Assembly: GCA_965263035.1 (NCBI GenBank)
Contig: OZ253580.1
Location: forward strand, 4,704,001 to 4,768,000
Length of the DNA: 64,000 nt
Direction: 5' to 3'
Source of the DNA: Acidobacteriota bacterium
GTDB lineage: Bacteria > Acidobacteriota > UBA6911 > RPQK01 > JAJDTT01
Positions within the stretch are counted from its first letter, which is position 1, and the number at the start of each line of letters is the position of its first letter. A model generated the notes under the pieces. The model was not told the origin of the DNA, made no database searches, and saw only the letters and a program-made list of their open reading frames with translations. This document shows, piece after piece, positions 58,132-64,000 of the stretch. The translations under genes and the position numbers were made by a program.

Positions 58132-59171
58132 GCCGGTCCGAAATCCCGTTCTCTCGGGTCTCTCCAACTCGATCCGGAGACCGGTTCAGGCGCCGAGACC
58201 TGCTGCTGGGCGGGTCCGCCTCGGCGGCCGCACTGGTATCCGCGTGCACCCGGGCCGAGCCTGACGGGCAGCGGGAAGAGATCCGAATCTCCTTCGTCGG
58301 AGCGGTGCTCAACAACCCCTTCTGGGACCAGATAGCCCGGGGCGCCCGGGCCGCCGGCCGGGATCTGGCCGGGACGGCCGTGACCTATTCCGCGCCCGAA
58401 GAGTTCAGTCTGGCCAATATCAGCGCGCTGATCCATGGAGTGATCGCCGGGTCTCCGGACGGCATCGCCATCGACTACCGGGGACGGGAATTCGAGGAGG
58501 TCACCCGGCTGGCCCTGGATCGCGGAATCGCCATCCAGTTCTTCAACAACTTCCAGGGGTTCGATTCCGGAGATCCCAGGATCGTGCGGCTGTCGGAGAC
58601 GGCGGTTGGTCTGGACAAGATGGAGGCCGCTCGCCGGAGCGGGGAAGCGTTTCTCGAACATCTGAAGCCCGACGATCCCGTGGTTCTGTTCAACGGACTC
58701 CCGGACTCTCCGGAGCACCTGGTCATCCAGAACGCCTATCTCAAGGTATTCGCCGAAGCCGGCTGGACCCGGGAGCGGATCGAGCTGTTTCCGGTGGGAT
58801 TGGATCCGGCCCAGAACTTTCAGCTCATGAAGGTCTACCTGACGGCGCACCCCGGGACCCGCGGCATCGTCTGCTGGGATTCGCTGACGGGATCGGCGGC
58901 GGCCCGGGCCAAGGCGGACGTGGGACTGGACATCCCGGTCTTGAGCTGGAATCTGGATTCGATCACCCTGCGAAGTGTGAGGGAGGGGGCTCTGACCCTG
59001 ACTCTGAGCCAACAGCCGTACCTCCAAGCCTACTATGCGGTGGTCGCTCTCTACCTCAAGCTCAGGCACGGAGTCCTGGAAACGCCGTTCGTCGATCCGG
59101 GCCGGCTGCTCGTGGACCGATCCAACATCGACCAGGTGGAAGATCTGTTCAATCGGGGAGTCCTGGGATAG
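58128..59171 (+). CDS. Sugar ABC transporter substrate-binding lipoprotein
   Basis: RRRDLL...SAC signal; NNPFW; SQQPYLQAY; start inferred at CTG 58128. Confidence 0.8.
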   Translation: MSRSEIPFSRVSPTRSGDRFRRRDLLLGGSASAAALVSACTRAEPDGQREEIRISFVGAVLNNPFWDQIARGARAAGRDLAGTAVTYSAPEEFSLANISALIHGVIAGSPDGIAIDYRGREFEEVTRLALDRGIAIQFFNNFQGFDSGDPRIVRLSETAVGLDKMEAARRSGEAFLEHLKPDDPVVLFNGLPDSPEHLVIQNAYLKVFAEAGWTRERIELFPVGLDPAQNFQLMKVYLTAHPGTRGIVCWDSLTGSAAARAKADVGLDIPVLSWNLDSITLRSVREGALTLTLSQQPYLQAYYAVVALYLKLRHGVLETPFVDPGRLLVDRSNIDQVEDLFNRGVLG

Positions 59172-59173
59172 GG

Positions 59174-59335
59174 CAATAAGAGAAATCAACAAAAACAACT
59201 ATAAAATTATATACGCAACTAACTGCATAAGTATGTACAACTATATGCAAGTATTCAAATAGCAATATATAATATACATAAATAAATAAGTCTGAATTCA
59301 AATATAAACCTTCATATATGGGAATTGGGAAGTGA
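59174..59335. other. Extremely AT-rich intergenic segment
   Basis: 31 G+C in 140 nt (59181-59320, about 22%) within a GC-rich operon. Confidence 0.9.
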
Positions 59336-60327
59336 ATAGGGTGAGTCGCTTCCTGATGCGGGGCCTCCGGCGTCCCGAGTCGGGTCCCCTCGTGGGCTTG
59401 CTGGCTCTGGGACTCCTGTTCGAGATCCTCTCGGGCGGCAAGTTCCTGACCTTCCCCCAGCTGAGCGCTCTGGCCGCTCTCTCGGCCTCGCTGGGCATGG
59501 TGGCCCTGGGCGTGACCCTGCTCATGATCAGCGGGGAGTTCGACCTCTCCGTCTCTCAGACCTTCGCCTTGGCGCCTATCGTCATGGGCCGCCTGATCAC
59601 CGATCTGGACTGGCCGGCGGCTGCTGCCCTTGGGTTGGCGCTGGCGGCCGTGCTGCTGGTGGGTCTGATCAACGGTTTGTTGACCACGCTGGCCCGAATC
59701 CCTTCGCTGATCGTGACCCTGGGGATGTTGTTCGCCGTCACCAGCCTGAATCGGATCCTGGCCGGCGGCTATCCGGTTCAGGTCTATGGCCTGGAGAGTC
59801 CGCTGATCCGCCTCATGGGAGAGGACGTTCCGGCCACGCCCGTTGGCGCCCCCTTTCTCTGGATGTTGTCCGTGGCGGCCATTCTCTGGTTTGTCCTGGA
59901 GCGGATCGGCTACGGAAACTGGACCCGGGCCGCCGGGCACTCGGGTGGAAGCGTGGCCCGAGCCATGGGTGTGCCCGTCGCCAGAGTCAAGCTGACCAAC
60001 TTTGCCCTGTGCGCGGGGCTGGCAGGATTGGCGGGCTGTCTTCAGCTGGCGGATTTCGGGTCGTCCGGCGTGAGTTCGGGAGAAAACTCCAACCTGCTGG
60101 CCATCGTGGCCGTAGTCATGGGGGGCACCTCTCTCTTCGGGGTTCGCGGAACCATTCTGGGGACGCTGCTGGGGACCCTGATCCTGGGCGCGCTCAAGAC
60201 CGGACTGATCCTGGTGGGGACCAGGGGCGAATACTACACGGGGCTGATCGGCGTCCTGCTGTTGGTTGTGGCGGTGATCAACGCCCGAGCGGAGTCAGTA
60301 CGCCGCGGGGGTGAGAACAGCTCGTGA
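59332..60327 (+). CDS. Sugar ABC transporter permease (RbsC-like)
   Basis: GEFDLSV, IPSLIVTLG, ARAMGV, VVMGGTSLFG. Confidence 0.9.
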   Translation: MNRVSRFLMRGLRRPESGPLVGLLALGLLFEILSGGKFLTFPQLSALAALSASLGMVALGVTLLMISGEFDLSVSQTFALAPIVMGRLITDLDWPAAAALGLALAAVLLVGLINGLLTTLARIPSLIVTLGMLFAVTSLNRILAGGYPVQVYGLESPLIRLMGEDVPATPVGAPFLWMLSVAAILWFVLERIGYGNWTRAAGHSGGSVARAMGVPVARVKLTNFALCAGLAGLAGCLQLADFGSSGVSSGENSNLLAIVAVVMGGTSLFGVRGTILGTLLGTLILGALKTGLILVGTRGEYYTGLIGVLLLVVAVINARAESVRRGGENSS

Positions 60328-61106
60328 ACAGCCCAGTGGGATCCCCCCAACCGGTCGTGGAATTGATGGAGGTGTCCAAGGCCTACGGCGAAGTGGAGGT
60401 GCTGGGAAACGTCACTCTCAGCCTGGGCGCCGGGGAAGTGGTGGCGCTGGTCGGAGACAACGGGGCCGGCAAGTCCACGCTGGTCAAGATCGTCAGCGGT
60501 TATCTGAGGCCGACCTCGGGAAGGCTGGTCGTGGGGGGCCGGGAGGTCCGGTTTGCATCCCCCCGGGAAGCCCGCCGGTGCGGGATCGAGACCGTCTATC
60601 AGGATCTGGCCATCATCGGCCAGCTGAGCCTGTGGCGGAACTTCTTCCTGGGTCAGGAAATGAGGAGAAAGTGGCTCGGCGTGAGGGTCCTGGACCGGAA
60701 CGCCATGAGAAGGATCTGTCTCGAACGGCTCCGCGATTTCGGCTTGGAGAGTGTCCGCTCGCCGGACCAGCTGGCGGCGTCCCTGTCGGGAGGGGAGCGC
60801 CAGACCCTCGCCATCGCCAGGTCGGTCCACTTCGAATCGCGACTGCTGATACTGGACGAGCCGGTGGCCTCACTTTCCGTACGGGAGGTCCGCCGGGTTC
60901 ACGACACCATTGACCAGGCCAGGAACCGGGGGTTGGGCATCCTCTACATCGACCACAACATGAATCACGTGGTTCCCGTAGCCGACCGGATCGCCGTCCT
61001 GGAGCGGGGCCGCCTCAAGACGGTGGTGCACAGGGGTGAGGTGAGCGCCGCCGACCTGAACGACCTGCTGGCCCGAGAAGCGGGAGCGGCGGTTTCCAAC
61101 CGCTGA
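60324..61106 (+). CDS. Sugar ABC transporter ATP-binding protein
   Basis: GDNGAGKST, VYQDLA, LSGGERQ, LILDEP. Confidence 0.93.
   Translation: MNSPVGSPQPVVELMEVSKAYGEVEVLGNVTLSLGAGEVVALVGDNGAGKSTLVKIVSGYLRPTSGRLVVGGREVRFASPREARRCGIETVYQDLAIIGQLSLWRNFFLGQEMRRKWLGVRVLDRNAMRRICLERLRDFGLESVRSPDQLAASLSGGERQTLAIARSVHFESRLLILDEPVASLSVREVRRVHDTIDQARNRGLGILYIDHNMNHVVPVADRIAVLERGRLKTVVHRGEVSAADLNDLLAREAGAAVSNR
61082..61103. repeat. REP-like palindrome overlapping the 3' end of the ATPase gene
   Basis: GGGAGCGGCGGTTTCCAACCGC, reverse complement of the 8269 type. Confidence 0.7.
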
Positions 61107-61536
61107 ACAGGAGTATCCATGTTGCAAGTGGTGGGTGCTAATCGGTGTTTCCATCCCGTGTCGTTAGTACGTGATCTGTCCGGTCCAAAGGGCACAGGGT
61201 TAGGAGGAGCGTTCTTCCGCCGGAGGTGAGGCGGAGATCGAGCTGGATCCAGCGGGCGCCGTGCAGGGGGCGATGAGTGGACGGATCAACTGGATCGAGG
61301 GACCTGAGATCGTCGACGTCAGTCCTCCGGGAGGTCCGGATACGCCCTGGGGAGCGTCGGGTCAAGCCTCCGGCTCCTCCGCTTCGCTGCGACCCTTCGG
61401 GTGACCCGGCGCTCCCCAGGGCGTGAAGAGCTTTCATGGCCGTAAGCAAGCTTCCGGCCAGACTTGACCGGAAGTTCGACAGACGGCCATCAGGGGGTCC
61501 ACACGCTCCCTTTCCTCACGGGGTCTCTCCGTGGCC

Positions 61537-62485
61537 TCAGAAGGTCGCTCGGGGCGCTACGGGCAACCAGGTGCGGTCCTGCCGGACGAGGGTGTTGGCC
61601 AGGACGATAAGCTTGCGCATGACGGCGACGAGGGCCACCTTGCCGGGCTTTCCGCGCTCGCTCAGCCTCCGGTACACCTCGGCCAAGTCGGGGTTCCAGC
61701 GCAGGGTGGACACGGCCGGCATGTACAGGAGCCGTCGCGCCCGCGCCCGTCCGCCCCGGATGAAGGCCCGGCCCTGCCAAGCCCCCGACTCGCGCGGAAC
61801 GGCGGCCAACCCGGCCAGACTGGCGGCGGCCTTGCCGCTGAGGGCGCCCAGCTCGGGCATCTCGGCCAGCAGACCGGCGGCGGTGGTGGCCGCGATCCCC
61901 GGGATGGAGGTGAGGATCTCCAACTTGCGGGCCCGCGCCTCGTCGGCCGCAATCAGCGTCTGCAATTTGCGGTCGATGGCGCGCAGGTGGCGCTCGAACA
62001 TGTTGATCTGGATCTGGTTCTGCTGTTTGAGCAGGGGTTCGCGGAGCTGTCGGCGGCGGTTGAGCGTGGCCGTGCGCTGGCGCATCAGCGCGTCCCGGGA
62101 CGTCTGCAGATCCTGGAGCCGGCGTTGCGTTTTGGACGGCACCTGGGTCCGGCGCGGCTCCAGCGTGGCGGCCAGCTGGGCCAGTTTCCGAGCGTCTACG
62201 GCGTCGGTCTTGGCGCGGCTCCCGGTCGCCTCGGCGAAGCGCCGCGCCTGCCAGGGGTTCACCTTCGCCAGCGGCAGCTTCGCTTTGGACAGCGCTTCCT
62301 CGAGGTCCCGGTGGTAGGGGCCGGTGGCCTCGTACGCGACGCACTCGACCGGAGTTCCGATCCAATCGATCAGCGCCCGGAAGCCGGCCGGGTCATTGTC
62401 GAACTGGGCGGAATGGCCGTCGGCCAGCCGGTGCGCGTCCAGGTGCGCTTTCGAGATGTCGATGTCTAGCGGTATGCTGTTTCAT
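61537..62485 (-). pseudogene. IS110 DEDD recombinase with a +1 frameshift near codon 6-7
   Basis: IDISKAHLD, YEATG, KTDAVDA, SIPGI, RESG, GGR, AVMRKL; ATG 62485 to stop spans 949 nt (3n+1). Confidence 0.85.
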
Positions 62486-62489
62486 CTTT

Positions 62490-62652
62490 CCTGTCTCCTG
62501 TGCTTGTCATTCGGGCCTTGATGCCCTTGTATCCATTCAGGACATCGGGAAAGACGGTGGCCGACCTGACTGCTTTTCGGTTCGCAAAAGTCCGCGGCGG
62601 TACGGTCCAGCCACCGCCGTCCGGGTCGCTCATGAGCGACCCGGACGGCCCC
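62490..62652 (-). ncRNA. Predicted IS110 bridge RNA
   Basis: 5' hairpin followed by two stem-internal-loop domains carrying ACCGCCGC (target), ATGGATAC and GACAAG (donor) segments. Confidence 0.75.
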
Positions 62653-62667
62653 ATTTAAACAGACAAG

Positions 62668-62772
62668 CGGCGGTTTCCAACCGCCGACTTCCCGAGCAAC
62701 CACCGCCCGACCAGCCCGCGGGCGCACGACGGAATGGGCGTGCCGGAATGGGCGACTGGAAATCGTCCCTCC
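62668..62772. repeat. REP-like palindromes flanking IS110
   Basis: CGGCGGTTTCCAACCGCCG and GGGCGACTGGAAATCGTCCCTCC; inverted arrangement resembling 8221-8291. Confidence 0.75.
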
Positions 62773-62800
62773 AAGTCGCCCCTGGATTTTTCTCAGAGGT

Positions 62801-63601
62801 TCAATACGGCAGCAACCCGCCTTCGACGTTCATGGCGCTGGACGTGATGTAATCGGCGTCGTCAGAGCAGAGGAACGCCACCACGTTGGCCATGTCCTCC
62901 GGTTGCTGAATCCGGCCCAGGGGAATGCTGCCCACGGCTCCCGCCTTGATCGAGCCCTCGGGAACGTCCAGGATCCTGGCGGTCTCACGATCGATCAGGT
63001 CCCACATGGGAGTGTCGATGATGCCGCCGCAGATGCTGTTGACCAGGATCTGGTGGTCTGACAGCTCCAGACCCAGTTGCTTTCCGAAGCCGATCGCGGC
63101 GTGCTTGCTGGCGGCATAGGCCCCTAACGGGGTGTTCTTCCCCGGCGCGATCTTTCCGGCCCCCGAAGCGTTGATGATGATCCGCCCCCCGTGGCCTTGC
63201 CGGATCATCTGCCGAGCCGCAGCAGTGCAACAAAGGAAGACGCCCTTGGCGTTGACGGCCATCAGGCGGTCCCAGCTCGCTTCGTCGGTGTCGATCAGGC
63301 GTGCGACGATGCCGATCCCGGCATTGGCCACCAGGATGTCCAGCTTGCCGAAGGCTTCTACCGTCGCGGCAATCATGGCGTCGACGTCGCCGGATCGCGT
63401 CACGTCCGCCTGCAGACCCACGGCCTCCCCGCCCGCGGACCGAATCTCCGCCGCTGTCGACTCGGCGCCGTCCCGGTCAATGTCCGCCACCCCCACCCGG
63501 GCCCCTTCCCGGGCCAGACGCAGGGCAATGGCCCGGCCGATGCTGCGTCCGGCGCCGGTGACCAACGCTGTTTTCCCCTCGATTTCCGGATATCTGGCCA
63601 T
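62801..63601 (-). CDS. SDR family oxidoreductase (acetoin reductase-like)
   Basis: TGAGRSIG, ANAGI, YAASK, DTPMWD. Confidence 0.9.
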   Translation of the reverse strand: MARYPEIEGKTALVTGAGRSIGRAIALRLAREGARVGVADIDRDGAESTAAEIRSAGGEAVGLQADVTRSGDVDAMIAATVEAFGKLDILVANAGIGIVARLIDTDEASWDRLMAVNAKGVFLCCTAAARQMIRQGHGGRIIINASGAGKIAPGKNTPLGAYAASKHAAIGFGKQLGLELSDHQILVNSICGGIIDTPMWDLIDRETARILDVPEGSIKAGAVGSIPLGRIQQPEDMANVVAFLCSDDADYITSSAMNVEGGLLPY

Positions 63602-63644
63602 GGTGATCCGCTCCCCCGTCCGTGTTTCGGCCCGAGTCCCCTCT

Positions 63645-64000
63645 TCAGTCGGTGAACTCCATCAATTCCAGCACGAATCCATCCGGGTCCTTGAAGAAGA
63701 CGACCTTGAGCGCACCGTATTCCCACTCGTCTCCCAAGTCGAAAACAACCGGTTCGGAGACGAATTCCACTCCCGCTTCAGTGAGCTCGCGATAGGCTCG
63801 ATCCATATCCTTCACGCCAAAGCAGAAGTGCCCCTGGTTGGACATGCCCAGAACGGCGTTGGAGGGTTCTCCCGCGGGGTCGATGTAAAGCTGCAGGTCC
63901 ACCAGAATGCCGGGTGTTTCCGGAATGGCCAGTCGGACCACTTGCATCACCACGCCTTCCTTGGCCGCCATCTTGGAGATCATCTCCCCTTCCAACAGGT
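63645..64000 (-). CDS. VOC/glyoxalase family protein, 5'-truncated by the window
   Basis: HFCFGVKD, GVEFVSEP, FFKDPDGFVLELME. Confidence 0.85.
   Translation of the reverse strand, partial: LLEGEMISKMAAKEGVVMQVVRLAIPETPGILVDLQLYIDPAGEPSNAVLGMSNQGHFCFGVKDMDRAYRELTEAGVEFVSEPVVFDLGDEWEYGALKVVFFKDPDGFVLELMEFTD

Larger units (their letters stand above)
61112..62667 (-). mobile_element. IS110-family element inserted into a REP at a CT core
   Basis: AG (CT on minus) at 61112-61113 and 62666-62667; removing the element restores GCCGCTCCTGT as seen in the REPs near 8310 and 23890. Confidence 0.85.

Noticed and set aside
370-59198. Many long antisense or alternate-frame ORFs (e.g. 370-2235, 8219-10000, 14787-16637, 18535-20253, 27949-29685, 44792-46444)
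   Set aside because: They overlap well-supported genes and lack motifs; expected shadow ORFs in high-GC DNA
59174-59335. Replication origin (DUE) or CRISPR leader
   Set aside because: No DnaA boxes, no dnaA or rep gene and no adjacent repeat array
61138-61449. 103-aa ORF in the IS110 downstream end
   Set aside because: Low-complexity product with no motif; the region is dominated by inverted repeats
1-64000. tRNA, rRNA, integrase or prophage genes
   Set aside because: None recognised by eye; a tRNAscan/Rfam run would be needed to exclude small RNAs

Overview
GC-rich bacterial chromosomal window. The gene content (Planctomycete-type DUF1501/DUF1549/DUF1553 and DUF1592/DUF1552 clusters, BNR/sialidase-like and NHL/LRR/TPR repeat proteins, many sugar-metabolism genes) suggests an Acidobacteriota-like or sponge-associated organism; this is an inference only. 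Housekeeping genes recognised are nagB and pckA. The accessory content is rich. (1) An IS110 element (61112-62667, minus strand) is inserted at a CT core inside a host GGAG-type REP; its upstream non-coding end contains guide-like segments matching both its own circle junction and the REP target (a readable bridge RNA), it has an unusually long, highly structured downstream end, and its recombinase is frameshifted. (2) A lower-GC defence-like island (about 36.5-44.8 kb) holds a sacsin/NOV-type GHKL ATPase-DUF3883 gene, a PIN remnant and a PLD nuclease gene split by an IS1595 element (perfect 26-bp TIRs, 8-bp TSD) that carries a deleted MTase-Mrr passenger. (3) Three copies of a 167-bp TA-flanked MITE. 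(4) A HEPN-MNT pair between duplicated oxidoreductases. (5) A membrane protein whose C-terminal domain has an internal RBS and also occurs as a separate tandem gene. (6) A 22% GC island inside an ABC operon. No rRNA, tRNA or CRISPR array was seen. All product calls come from motif recognition, not database searches.
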